DNA of 64,000 nucleotides, taken from NCBI GenBank assembly GCA_030390025.1, contig CM059433.1, positions 10,604,001 through 10,668,000 of the forward strand, in the 5' to 3' direction. The DNA is from Squalus acanthias. Taxonomy: Eukaryota. Positions 49,667 through 62,763 of the stretch are shown here, piece by piece; position 1 is the stretch's first letter; each line of letters starts with the position of its first letter. The position numbers and the translations under genes are program-made. The notes under the pieces were generated by a model that saw only the letters and a program-made list of their open reading frames with translations, was not told the origin of the DNA and searched no databases.

Positions 49667-51837
49667 GCTGGTGTCTTACAAGGGGATTTGAGCCTGCAGC
49701 TGCTGGATTTGGAGAAGAGAAATGCTGCTGACACCTACTAACCTTTCACCTCCTGGGCCCCATGGCACTCCCAGCACGTCATGCGTTTCACTCCAGGGGG
49801 CTTTGTCACATTAAGTAAATGAGATGAACTTGCATTATGGGCTCATTCAGGGCCAGGCGATGCCGGCGCTTCTGGGCAGCAGTCCAGCTGTCTGACTGCG
49901 CTGAGGTGAACATTTCACTCGATAGTGGCTCATTCAAGTATTCTTTCCAGTCGAATTTGCTGCAGTGACTGTGTGCGCCTCTGATCACTTACATTTGAAG
50001 CCGAGGATCAGGCAAGTCAAGCAAGTGGCCAAAATCACCCTTCAGAATAAATCAAAAGCGCACACGCGTTCCGATTCGTGCGGATCACGATGCAGAACAA
50101 TCATCTCACAGCTGCTTAGATTACAGCTGTCACAACATCATAATGCTCTGGATTTATTTTAGTAACGGCATTCATCTTTTAGTAAAATCATTCTGCTTTT
50201 ATTAACGTGCTGCCACGACAAAAAGGTTGCCTCTCATCAGCTTGTTTTCATCTTTGTGGATCCGGAAGATTACTTAGCAAAATGGATGTGCTGCAAATCA
50301 GAGGTGACAGCCAGCGGGCTCGGGTTACGTCCGAACCCAGTGACACTGCTGTGCCCATCAAACTCTCTCCGCAGTTGACTCCACGGCAGATCCTCTCCAG
50401 GATTTCTCAGTTGAGCAGTGCTACATGGGAATGACAGCCAAGGAATAAATCAGGGCCTCTGGCTTCATTTTAAATACCCTATTTGACGCTAAAGATAGCG
50501 TTTTAATGTGCCATAAAATATTATCAAAAGGCAATGAATTTTCTCCAGAAAACCTAATATTGGTTTTACATCCTGCAACACAAATGACAGATGTTTCGGC
50601 GTTGACAGAAATAAATGATTGTGGCGCACTCTCCCAGAACAAAAAAACTGGTTGAGAAGATCTTAATTGGCATGTGGGGATGTGGCTCCCCCTGGGTAGG
50701 ACAGAGTCTGTAATAAGTCTTTTTACTGCCCTTGTTCTCGCATCACATCATACTTACTCGGCTACCGAGGAGCTAGCGCTCCGAAGGAAAAAAAAAAGGA
50801 ACCCGGTGGATATCAATGAGCACAGATGGAGCTTGATAGATCATGAAAAGAAGGCATTACCTGCTGCAGTCACCAAGCAGACACAATTACCATACGGCAC
50901 TGGCTTCATTGTAGATCAGCAGGGCAGATAAAGCTCGCAGCAGCTGGAGCATATGGCTCAGCTCCGGAGAACAGAGTGCTGATGGAATTCAGGCCAACTC
51001 CGATCTCATTCTGCAAACCACACGTTTACCAATTAGACTGCATGTAGGTGGATGTCTCCTTATTTTCAGAAGTCGATCTGTTCTCCTGGTACTTCATGCT
51101 GTGAAGTAGTGTATCGACAGCAGTAAAATAAAATAGGCCTTCCTGTAAAAGACTGGCAGTGGATACGGTTAAAGGCACCTTTGGGTGTTTCTGTTGTTGA
51201 AGCCCTATGCTACCTGAATATGAAATCAATCTGAACAAAAAATCCTAAGATTAAAGAGTATTGATATTAGACTGCTCAAAATATAAGTTAGTAAACAATG
51301 TTATACCACAGCTGGAGAAGCAATGGATAAGTTTATTCTTGACGTGTTACTTGCAATGATTTCTTTTACAGGGGTTACTTAGTGCAATTTATTTAGTACA
51401 AGCTTAATTGGTGCAGGTTATTTGATGAGATAAAAAAAGAAAAAATTCCAGAATTCTGAAATAAAAACGGAAACTGCCGTAAAGGCACAGGAGCTGTCAG
51501 TGGGTGTAAAGAGAGAACACAGATCCACATTTTGGGTGGAGAACTCCAAACTAGTTATTTGATATAGGTTACTTGTTATAATTTAACTTATATGGTTTGT
51601 TTGGTACTTGTTTTTTGTCTGGTTTACTGCTCCAATGGGACAATATTCATTGTTCTACTGTTAAAGGACCAGTGTACTTTTATTGTTTTCTAGAATACAA
51701 TACATACCTCCTTATATCTTGTTTGTTAATGCCTAAGTACCCAGTCTGGTTCTCCAACAATGAATCCTGTTTTTTCCTGCTCCACCTTATCTCAAGGTTG
51801 GTCTTTCTCTCTCTGCCTCACTTGATCCTATTCTCAC

Positions 51838-52160
51838 TTGACCTATTTCCCATTAGCAGAGGGGTCAATAACCAGGGGGCATAGATTTAAAGTAATTGTT
51901 CGGAGGTTTAGAGGAGATTGGAGGGGAAATGTCTTCACCCAGAGGGTGGTGGGGGGGTCTGGAACTCACTGCCTGAAAGGGTGGTAGAGGCATTTAAAAA
52001 GTGCTTGGATGTGCACTTGAAGTGCCGTAACCTACAGGGCTACGGACCAAGAGCTGGGAAGTGGGATTAGGCTGGAGAGCTCTTTGTCGGCCGGCGCTGA
52101 CACGATGGGTCGAAATGGCCTCCTTCCATGCTGTAAATTCCTATGATTCTATTCTATGAT
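51838..52160 (+). mobile_element. CR1 3' end fragment
   Basis: LFPISRGVNNQG / TQRVV motifs and ctatgatt tail. Confidence 0.85.
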
Positions 52161-52437
52161 TGACGTCCGCACATTGCACTTCATAGCGAACAAGAGGAAG
52201 AACCACAGCTGATTTTTTTCCCTCTCTGACGGAGGAATGTCAAAACCAGTGGGCAAGCATCTGTTGCCATCCCAACTCCGATCAGCTAACTCAGCTGGGA
52301 CAACGGATCACACCCAGTATGTATGACTCAGCTACACACTGGAGGAAATCACTGATCCATCTGGGCAACCTTCGAAGGTTACCATTATTTTTTTTTCTAT
52401 TTTTTTTTTGTTCTCTCCTGAGATAATGACTCGTGTT

Positions 52438-52817
52438 TGACCTTATTGAGGTGTATAAAATTATGAGGGGCCTAGATAAAGTGGATAGGAAGGACCTATT
52501 TCCCTTAGCAGAGGGGTCAAAAACCAGGGGGCCCAGATTTAAAGTAATTGGTGGAAGGTTTAGGGGGGATTTGAGGGGAAATTTCTTCACCCAGAGGGTG
52601 GTGGGGGTCTGGAACTCATTGCCTGAAAGGGTGGTAGAGGCAGGAACCCTCACCACATTTAAAAAGTACTTGGATGCGCACTTGGGATGCTGTAACCTGC
52701 AGGGCTACGGACCAAGAGCTGGGAAGTGGGATTAGGCTGGATAGCTCTTTGTCGGCCGGCGCGGACACGATGGGCCGAAATGGCCTCCTTCCATGCTGTA
52801 ACTTTCTATGATTCTAT
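52438..52817 (+). mobile_element. CR1 3' end fragment
   Basis: ORF 52433-52735 DLIEVYKIM...FFTQRVVGVWNSLP. Confidence 0.92.
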
Positions 52818-52847
52818 GTGTTGGGATATGCTGACTGCTCTCAATAG

Positions 52848-53772
52848 GTGTCAGCCGTGACTCACTGGTAGCGCTCTTGCCTCTGCGTCAGAAGGTTGTG
52901 GGTTGAAGTCCCAGTCCAGTGACTTGAGCACAAAATCAAAGCTGGCCTTCCAGTGCAGTACTGAGGGAGTGCTGTACTGTCAGTTGTGCAGTCTTTTGGA
53001 TGAGACATTAAACTGAGCATCCGTCTGCTCTCTTAGGTGGATGTCAGCTGTGGCTCAGTGGGTAGCACCCTGTAGCCTATTCAGTCATGAAAGTTGCAGG
53101 TTCAAGTCCTACTCCAGGTAGACCTGAGCACAAAAATCTGGGCTGACAATCTAGCGCAGTACTGAGGGAGTGCTGCACTGTCGGAGGTGCCGTCTTTTGG
53201 ATGAGACGTTAAACCGAGGCCCCGTCTGCTCTCTCAGACGTAAAAGATCTGATAGCCCTATTTCGAAGAAGAGCAGGGGAGTTATCCCTGGTGTCCTGGC
53301 CAATATTTATCCCTCAATCAACATCACTAAAAAACCAGGTTATCTGGTCATTATCACATTGCTGTTTGTGGGAGCTTGCTGTGCACAAATTGGTTGCCAT
53401 GTATCCGACCTTACAACAGTGACTACACTACAAAAGGTACTGCATTGGCTGTAAAGCGCTTTTGGACCTGCGGTGGTTGTGAAAGTCGCTGTATAAATGC
53501 AAGTCTTTCTTCCTTTTAAAGATCCCATGGCACTATTTCGACAAAGTTCTCCCTAGTGTCCTGGTCAATATGTATCCCTCAACCAACATCACAAAAAAAC
53601 TGATTATCTGGTTATTAACACATTGCTGTTTGTGGGACCTTGCTATGTGCAAATTGGCTTTCACGGTTTCTACATTACAACAGTGACTAGACTTCTAAAG
53701 TATTTCATTAGCTGTAAACCGCTTTGGAATGTTTTGAGGTCGTGAAAGGGACTATATAAATACAATCCTTTC
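52848..53772 (+). mobile_element. Nested Deu-SINEs (younger ~53043-53515 inside an older copy)
   Basis: The older copy breaks after ggtggatgt and resumes at aaagatcccatggc (~53518). Confidence 0.85.
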
Positions 53773-53850
53773 TTTTCATTTTAACTCGCTCTTTTTAAGA
53801 ATACTTATTACTGCCAATTTTTTTCCATCCACTCCCCTCCTGTTGATATA

Positions 53851-54603
53851 AATTGGGAAAAGGGGAAGTGCAACGAGACCTGGGTGTCCTTGCGCACCAG
53901 TCGCTAAAAGTAAGCATGCAGGTGCAGCAGGCGGTTAAGAAGGCAAATGGTATGTTGGCCTTCATAGCGAGAGGATTCGAGTACAGGAGCAAGGATGTCT
54001 TGCTGCAGTTGTACAGGGCCTTGGTGAGACCACACCTTGAGTATTGTGTGCAGTTTTGGTCGCCTTATCTGAGGAAGGATGTTCTTGCCATGGAGAGAGT
54101 GCAGCGAAGATTCACTAGACTGATACCTGGGATGGCAGGAATGACGTATGAAGAGAGATTGGGTCGATTAGGCTTATATTCACTAGAGTTTAGAAGAATG
54201 AGAGGGGATCTCATTGAAACTCATAAAATTCTAACAGGACTAGACAGACTAGATGCAGGAAGGATGTTCCCGATGACGGGGGAGTCCAGAACCAGGGGTC
54301 ACAGTCTAAGGATAAGGGGTAAGCCATTTAGGACTGAGATGAGGAGGAATTTCTTCACCCAGAGAGTGGTGAACCTGTGGAATTCTCTACCACACAAGGC
54401 AGTTGAGGCCAATTCATTAAATATATTCAAGAAGGAGTTAGATATATTTCTTAAGGCTAAAGGGATCAAGGGATATGGGGAGAAAGCAGGGACAGGGTAC
54501 TGAATTTGGATGATCAGCCATGATCTCATTAAATGGCGGAACAGGCTCGAGGGGCTGAATGGCCTACTCCTGCTCCTATCTTCTATGTTTCTATGTTTCT
54601 ATG
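53851..54603 (+). mobile_element. CR1 LINE 3' end
   Basis: ORF 53853-54503 and (ttctatgt)n tail. Confidence 0.95.
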
Positions 54604-54821
54604 ACTCATGCTGGGGTACAGTTCAATTGTTACCCCACGCACATAGCCATTGTTCGTGGATTGCCATGTGAGCATGTGCCAATTTGGCCGAGTGGTAGTC
54701 CTCTTGCCTCTGAGTCAGAAGTTTGTGCGTTCAAAACCCTCTTTAGTACTTGAGCACATCATCTAGGCTGACATTTCAATACAACAGTGAAGGAGGGGCT
54801 GACTTTTGGATGAGACATAAA

Positions 54822-55562
54822 GGGGGAAAAATTGTCTCGCGCCCCCATTGGGGCTCTAACTTCGGCGGGGCACTACTTTTAGCGCCCCGAAAAGGTTAGC
54901 GCCCGTGCGCCCAAAATTGAAAGGTAGCGCCCCAATCAGGAGGCGGGGTGCTACTGGAAGTGCTCCCCCTCCCTCTTGGGGCGCTCCCATTGAATATTAC
55001 AGCGCTACGGGCAGCAGTACCACGTGCGTCGACATGTAGCACCACGGTACTGCAGGCCTCCCTCCCCTGATTAAAGGGGAGGGGCCTAGCGCTACGCGCA
55101 CCGGGGCCCTGCTGGACCACCGGGGAGCGGGGTGCCGTAAAAAGAGCCCGGCACTCAAGAGGAGTGCCGGGCTGACCGATCGCAGCCGACAGCCTGCAGG
55201 AGGAGGCCAGAGGGGGCAGGTGCTGGCAGGCAGCCCAAAGAAAATGGCCGCCCGGCACCTGTCCTTTAACTTGCACTACCCCGGCCGCAAAAACGCCCCC
55301 CTGACCCTGTTGGACATAACGTCCGGCGATAGGTCAGGGGGCGCGAGCGAAGTTTGTGGCCGGGGCGTGAGCGGGGCGCTGCGAATGCCGATGACGTCAT
55401 CGCCAGAGGCACAGCGCCGCAGGGTGCTACCAGCTACCGCCGCCGCTAACCTCCCGCTGAATGTTGCGGGAGGCGTTAGAGGTGTCACACCCGGGCGCTA
55501 GGTGCTTTGCGCCTCCCCTCGGGGCGTTAACGGGAGGCGCAAAGCAACCCAATTCTTCCCCC
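54822..55562. mobile_element. GC/CpG-rich Harbinger-type MITE inserted in an old SINE
   Basis: TIRs GGGGGAAAAATTG / CAATTCTTCCCCC; aaa on both sides. Confidence 0.82.
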
Positions 55563-55747
55563 AAAATGTCACTAATGTTGCAGTCAATGCTCATCCCTCA
55601 ACCAACATTGCCAAAATAAATTAACTTGTTATTCATGTCAACTCTGCTTGTTGGAACTTGCTGTGCACAACTTAGCTGTGGCATTGCCTGGTACACCACA
55701 GTGCCCACACTTCACAAACAAACTGCAGAGTGTCTATTGACACCACT

Positions 55748-56837
55748 CTGTCAGTCAATACGTTACACTGTGTCAGTCAATACGTTACACTGTGTCAGTC
55801 AATATATTACACTGTGTCAGCCAATACGTTGCACTGTGTCAGCCAATACGTTACACTGTGTCAGCCAATACGTTACACTGTGTCAGCCAATACGTTGCAC
55901 TGTGTCAGCCAATACGTTGCACTGTGTCAGCCAATACGTTGCACTGTGTCAGCCAATACGTTGCACTGTGTCAGCCAATACGTTGCACTGTGTCAGCCAA
56001 TACGTTGCACTGTGTCAGCCAATACGTTGCACTGTGTCAGCCAATACGTTGCACTGTGTCAGCCAATACGTTGCACTGTGTCAGCCAATACGTTGCACTG
56101 TGTCAGCCAATACGTTGCACTGTGTCAGCCAATACGTTGCACTGTGTCAGCCAATACGTTGCACTGTGTCAGCCAATACGTTGCACTGTGTCAGCCAATA
56201 CGTTGCACTGTGTCAGCCAATACGTTGCACTGTGTCAGCCAATACGTTGCACTGTGTCAGCCAATACGTTGCACTGTGTCAGCCAATACGTTGCACTGTG
56301 TCAGCCAATACGTTGCACTGTGTCAGCCAATACGTTGCACTGTGTCAGCCAATACGTTGCACTGTGTCAGCCAATACGTTGCACTGTGTCAGCCAATACG
56401 TTGCACTGTGTCAGCCAATACGTTGCACTGTGTCAGCCAATACGTTGCACTGTGTCAGCCAATACGTTGCACTGTGTCAGCCAATACGTTGCACTGTGTC
56501 AGCCAATACGTTGCACTGTGTCAGCCAATACGTTGCACTGTGTCAGCCAATACGTTGCACTGTGTCAGCCAATACGTTGCACTGTGTCAGCCAATACGTT
56601 GCACTGTGTCAGCCAATACGTTGCACTGTGTCAGCCAATACGTTGCACTGTGTCAGCCAATACGTTGCACTGTGTCAGCCAATACGTTGCACTGTGTCAG
56701 CCAATACGTTGCACTGTGTCAGCCAATACGTTGCACTGTGTCAGCCAATACGTTGCACTGTGTCAGCCAATACGTTGCACTGTGTCAGCCAATACGTTGC
56801 ACTGTGTCAGCCAATACGTTACACTGTGTCAGCCAAT
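55748..56837. repeat. 22-bp minisatellite, about 49 copies
   Basis: Unit tgtcagccaatacgttgcactg, with variants only at the edges. Confidence 0.97.
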
Positions 56838-57236
56838 GATTTGGTGGCGGGGCGGGCCTTATGGCAGGACTCACAGCAAACAGAGTCTATTTAAAAAGAG
56901 TCTCTACTAACTACAGCAAACAGAGCTCCTGACCGAAACTACAGCAATGTCTCCCGATAAATGCAGCGTGATTTCTGCAGCAAAATACAGTGAGTGGAGG
57001 ATAGTTACACAATGCAAATTACGTGCGAAAAATCAATGCCATTCACGTGATTGATGGGGGAATTAGCCAATCATCTCCATTCTGGCCAGGAATAGTGGTG
57101 TCACCATACGCAGCCAACAAACTATTGGTTGTGAGGTGTTTTAGATCAACCCAAGACCATAAAAAGGGTTTTATAAATGTAAATTCCTCCTTTAATCTAA
57201 CACCTGAGTCAGGCAGATGAGCAGTGCTCCCGGCGA

Positions 57237-57910
57237 CTTTTTTTAATTCATTCATGGGATGTGGGCGCCGCTGGCAAGGCCAGCATTTATTGCCCATCCC
57301 CAATTGCCCTTGAGAAGGTGGTGGTGAGCCGCCTACTTGAACCGCTGCAGTCCGTGTGGTGACGATACTCCCACAGTGCTGTTAGGGAGGGAGTTCCAGG
57401 ATTTTGACCCAGCGATGATGAAGGAACGGCCGATATATTTCCAAGTCAGGATGATGTGTGACTTGGAGGGGAACTTGGAGGTGGTGGTGTTCCCATGCGC
57501 CTGCTGCCCTTGTCCTTCTAGGTGGAAGAGGTCGCGGGTTTGGGAGGTGCTGCCGAAGAAGCCTTGGCGAGTTGCTGCAGTGCATCTTGTAGATGGTACA
57601 CACTGCAGCCACGGTGGTGGGAGTGAATGTTTAAGGTGGTGGATGGGGTGCCAATCAAGCGGGCTGCTTTGTCCTGGATGGTGTCGAGCTTCTTGAGTGT
57701 TGTTGGAGCTGCACTCATCCAGGCAAGTGGAGAGTATTCCATCACACTCCTGACTTGTGCCTTGGAGATGTTGGAAAGGCTTTGTGGAGTCAGGAGGTGA
57801 GACACTCGCCGCAGAATACCCAGCCTCTGACCTGCTCTTGTTGCCATAGTATTTATGTGGCTGGTCTAGTTAAGTTTCGGGTCAATGGTGACCCCCAGGA
57901 TGTTGATGAC
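57237..57910 (-). mobile_element. CR1/L2-group LINE 3' end, second family
   Basis: Minus ORFs 57518-57847 and 57382-57612, same family as 36585-37207. Confidence 0.9.
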
Positions 57911-57997
57911 TGACCTGCCAGCCTGGAACATTAATGGGACTATGGGGTTGGACCTGTCACTGGGAGCTTGGAACCTTCCCACTTGGCTCCAGATAAT

Positions 57998-58208
57998 CAC
58001 AGAATCCCTACAGTGCAGATAGAGGCCATTTCGGCCCATCGAGCCTGCACCGACACATATCCCACCCTATCCCCGTAACCCCACGTATTTAATCCCCCTA
58101 ACACTGAGGGTCAATTTATCATAGCCAAATCAACCTAACCAGCACATCTTTGGACTGTGGGAGGAAACCGGAGCACCCGGAGGAAACCCACGCAGACACG
58201 GGGAGAAT
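57998..58208 (-). mobile_element. HE1-like V-SINE fragment
   Basis: V-domain-like ttctccccgtgtctgcgtgggtttcctccgggtgctccggtttcctcccacagtccaaagatgtgc on the minus strand, with a CR1-like tail. Confidence 0.8.
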
Positions 58209-58971
58209 GGAATAATACTGCCAGCAAATGCTCTAATGAGTAGAGTGGTCCCAGATGGAGAAGCAATAAAAAGCTTCTCAGTGCTCTTTTGGTGATAAGC
58301 TGCACAGATTTTAGCTGATTAAATTTCAACAGTACCCCAGTGCATAGTTGGGGTTCTTGGAGCCTCAGCTATTGCTAACTTGCCTGTAATCTCAGTGTAC
58401 CTAGGGTGGGGGTGGGGGATGGGTGGAGTGTTGTCACTATAGGGAGAGAATACACACTCCATATCAGACAATTAGAGAAATTCTACCTGTGTGGAATTCT
58501 CGGTAGCTTGGTTTGGAAACTCTTGAACATGAGAGTTAGGCACCCAACAGACCATAAAACAAAGCCACGTGTGAGTCTAACAGCAACGTTTGACCCAGTC
58601 CTCACCGAACGTCAACAGACGTGCATTTCCAGCAGAGGTAGCAGTCAGCAAGGAGGAACCCAAGCGGAATTTCCTTTCCCTAATTCAGCAGCCCTGAGAC
58701 TGATTGCAACACCCCTTACTTACCACAGCATTGGTAGGGATCAGCTGCACCCAGAACAGACCAGGGGTTGAACCTGGTACAATCCTAATCTGTATACCTC
58801 ACTGTCTAACCCCGACGAAACATCCGGGAAGCTCAAGTGGCGGATCATCTCCCCTGTCCCGAGCGCATATCGGACAATCATGGACACGGCACCATGTGCG
58901 AGCACCATATGAGGCCCTCTGCCACACACGTGCACTCACAAAGTTACCCCCGACGTGTGACCCTAGCAAGT

Positions 58972-59608
58972 ACATAAGAACATAAGAAATAGGAGCAGGA
59001 GTAGGCCATTCGGTCCCTTGAGCCTGCTCCGCCATTTAATGAGGTCATGGCTGATCATCCAAATTCAGTACCCTGTACCTGCTTTCTCCCATATCCCTTG
59101 ATCCCTTTAGCCTTAAGAAATATATCTAACTCCTTCTTGAATATATTTCATGAATTGGCCTCAACTGCCTTCTGTGGTAGAGAATTCCACAGGTTCACCA
59201 CTCTCTGGGTGAAGAAATTCCTCCTCATCTCTGTCCTAAATGGCTTACCCCTTATCCTTAGACTGTGACCCCTGGTTCTGGACTCCCCTGCCATTGGGAA
59301 CATCCTTCATGCATCTAGTCTGTCTAGTCCTGTTAGAATTTTATAAAGTTTCAATGAGATCCCCTCTCATTCGTCTAAACTCCAGCGAATATAAGCCCAA
59401 TCGACCCAATCTCTCCTCATACGTCATTCCTGCCATCCCAGGTATCAGTCTGGTGAATCTTCGCTGCACTCCCTCCATGGCAAGAACATCCTTCCTCAGA
59501 TAAGGCGACCAAAACTGCACACAATACTCAAGGTGTGGTCTCACCAAGGCCCTGTACAACTGTAGCAAGACATCCTTGCTCCTCGAATCCTCTCGCTATG
59601 AAGGCCAA
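58972..59608 (-). mobile_element. CR1 LINE 3' end
   Basis: Minus ORF 59341-59568 and tail. Confidence 0.93.
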
Positions 59609-62051
59609 GAGTATGTTTTATGTTGAATGCATTACTTTTCTTAACTCATTTACAGTTAGTTGCATGATGCTAAACAAAATTCAGTGGACCCATCATTATT
59701 GTAAGGGGCACAAGCAATCCAAATGGCATGTTCTCATTCAAGAACAGCAGAAAAATGATTCATGGATGTGAGGAAGGAATGTCCTGTTTCTGGCACTATA
59801 TCCAGGCTTTGGTACCTATTGTGACTCAGTTGCAGTTTGGGCAAACAGATGATAAAACGCTACACCTCAAAGCGGTGAAACTCACCATTTGATGGGGGAT
59901 GTTGCATGTCCATGCAGTTGTTAGAAAGAAAGAAGAAAGAAAGGAAGACATGCATTTGTATAGCGCCTTTCACGACCTCAGGATGTCCCAAAGCGCTTTA
60001 CAGCCAATGAAGTACTTTTGAAGTGTAGTCACTGTTGTAATGTTGGGAGGTTCTTGACAGAGCACTCACATTTCATGGTGAGTCGTGTTGCTCACTAGGC
60101 CACCCGTGAGAATCTCCTTGTACCAGCTGCCCACCTGGTGAGGGCTGAAACCCATGCTTGCCAGTTGCCTAATAACCAACTCGTGACTAATCTTCTGGGG
60201 GGTTGGAAAGGGGGGCGGTGGCTAGGGAGATAAGCAAAGTACCTTTGAGGTTTGAGGTGGTACCAGGATGATACATCTGGCAATTGAGGTTTGCACCAAG
60301 TCCACCCTCTGTGTCAGACTCCGCAATCCAATATTTGAGACAGGTAGGTGCGGCAGTCTCCAGGGCACCGAACGGCCAGAATACCTCATTAATGGGACCT
60401 GGAGGGGTAGAACGTGTCACCGAGGGCTGTGATCCTCCCCAACTGGCTCCAGCAAACCCTCAAGCCGATATCCCAATGGTAGAGTGGTTTTGGCTGGGCA
60501 ACAACAGGAAGCTTGGGCAAGTGTGACATGTCCCCACGTGAGGGAGAATAGGTTATTTGACTAGGGTGGAGTGGAGTAGGCTCTAGTTGGGTCCATTCGA
60601 AGCCTCCTCCTCCTGGCCAATAACACGGAGGCCAATTGCAGTAGGGCTGACGTCATGCAATTCAGCGCAGACTGAGTTTGTAATCGTTCTGAGCTGTGTG
60701 ACTCAGCTTCTGACCCAGTGACCTGGGGTACCTTTGTTTAATCGACAGCGTCCACAGAATGAGAACGTAAGAAAAGTCGGGGATGAGTAAAGGCCGCGTG
60801 ACCCATCAAAGCTCATTCCATTGGTAAACGTACTCTCCCATCTCAACATCCCAACAGTCCTGTAAACAACCAAAGCGTTTTTGTCTCTATAAGCGCATAC
60901 GAAGAGCAGCAGCTATGAATTTTCAATCCCATTCTGCCCAATTTACAAGGCAGGTTACACATCCGGCTGTTATTTATGTTAAGTGTCTGTGGAGACTTAC
61001 TAAAAAACCCTTCCAACTGTTACAGCTACATTCCAGTGTAACAGAAAATCCCATTTGAACAGAACTAATGATGGGGACAGGTAGTGAGCCTATTTGGCAG
61101 GCTTGCTTTGTTGAGTTAATATAGACTCATTTTTGGTCGTTTCAAAGAAGTAGTACAAAAAGTGTATTGATTTTCTGAAAATATCTGCTTGCCACGTGAA
61201 GCGACAAATTATGGGTAATACGTACTGACAGTAATTTCAAGAAGCACTGACATTTTTCTATCTTCCATTTCACCATTACATTAAAGGTAGGTGACATTAC
61301 CTTTCAGTATCCAGTTTATTATGTACAGTGAGAGTTTGATTCATATCAGTTACTACATTTTAAAGCTGTACTGTTGCATTCTTAAAATAATTGATTGCAT
61401 TTTTATGTGTGTGAGATAGCAAACCATTACAAGAAAAAATGTAACATTTTGGTAGCAGGTCCCATTACAAGTTTTAGGTGAGCAAATTAATTGGATGAAT
61501 TTTGTTTTAAAATGCATCCTCAACGGTGCAACAGGTAAATGCAGTGCCATGCCCAGGAAAGCCCCTGGGTTGATGGGTCTAGGAAGGTCCCAGATGCGAT
61601 CGCCAAGCTGCATTGCATTGGCTGATTTTAGCTGAGACGCCATTTAAATTGCTGCAATTGGCTTCAGCCTCCTTGGACATGGGTGGGAAAAATATCAGCT
61701 CGGGGGGCTCCCACTCTTGATCATTGCCCAGTGACCCCCCCTACTACAAAGTGTGTTTGTGCGTGTGTGCGCGTGTGTGTGGACATTGAATGATTATTGG
61801 ATCTGGCCTGCAATGCTCTTTGGTTGCATAGCCTGCTTACCACTCACATGAAGGATGTCTCCTTGGGTGAGGTATCAGGAGATTGCACAGCCCAGGAGGA
61901 GTCAAGGCCACCAGCTGAGGAGAGGAGATGGGTTTGCCAACTCTGGTTGGATGTATTCCTGGATGTTCAATCACATGACACGTGATCACCTGACATTTGA
62001 TCACACGTGCGGAATGGCCACTCGAGGGGCGGCTGGTGCCTGTGGATCCGT

Positions 62052-62320
62052 ACCCCAGTGAGAGCTGTGCCAGTGAACCATACCCCAGGGTTTCAGTGCC
62101 AGGGTAACTGCACACCAGGGAGAGTCAGTGCCCACAGAACCGTACCCCAGCGAGAGTCAGTGCCAGGGGAATCATAGCCCAGAGTTTCAGTGCCAGGGTA
62201 ACTGCACCCCAGGGAGAGTCAGTGCCCACAGAACTGTACCCCAGCGAGAGTCAGTGCCAGGGGAATCATAGCCCAGCGAGAGTTGTTGCTGGGGAAACGC
62301 ACCTCGGCGAGACTCAGTGA
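62052..62320. repeat. Degenerate 30-32 bp tandem repeat, ~9 units, with a duplicated 94-bp trimer
   Basis: Units like accccagcgagagtcagtgccaggggaatcat. Confidence 0.85.
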
Positions 62321-62600
62321 CTTCGGGGGGAGCAGAGGGGAAAAAGCAAACAAAAAATGTTTTTGAGATTATTATATTGGGGAAGAGGAATTCCCCTTTA
62401 ACTACTGAGCTACTTGCATGTACGCTGTCCTTTAAGAGGTGTGCTGCTGACCTTGCTGACGTTTCGGTCCGAAGCGTTCACATTGTTTGTCAGGAGCTGA
62501 AACTCGCTGATCCGGGTCCTTTCTTCCTTCACGCGGATCGAGAAGATCCTTTAAATTTCAGACAGAAGGCCAGCCCCAGGAATCCCCTCTTGTCTCCGAG

Positions 62601-62763
62601 TCACGGGGAGGTCAGCACCACCTGGGTGAGCTTCAGGAACGGTCTGTCGACGGGCAGGCCATTGGGCAGGTAGATCCACACCATAAAGCAGCAGTACGTC
62701 CCGTCGTTGGGTTGTAGCATAGCCACCACGTTCCGACTTACTGCAGGCAAATCTGGAGGCAGC
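62601..62763 (-). CDS. Probable 3'-terminal coding exon of an unidentified host gene
   Basis: Acceptor ctttcatttctcAG (intron ends 62764); LPPDLPAVSRNVVAMLQPNDGTYCCFMVWIYLPNGLPVDRPFLKLTQVVLTSP*; 33 of the last 36 codons end in G/C; no TE motifs; candidate AATAAA at 61320-61315. Confidence 0.65.

Noticed and set aside
48933..49741. Four overlapping 233-262 aa repetitive ORFs
   Set aside because: They result from 42/54-bp units that are multiples of three; open in several frames with no coding bias.
55626..56910. Three 369-422 aa ORFs, or a CRISPR-like array
   Set aside because: A pure 22-bp tandem repeat without plus-strand stops in the core; no unique spacers and no cas genes.
60080..60530. 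Possible retroviral or host coding fragment
   Set aside because: Stops break the frames and there are no diagnostic motifs.
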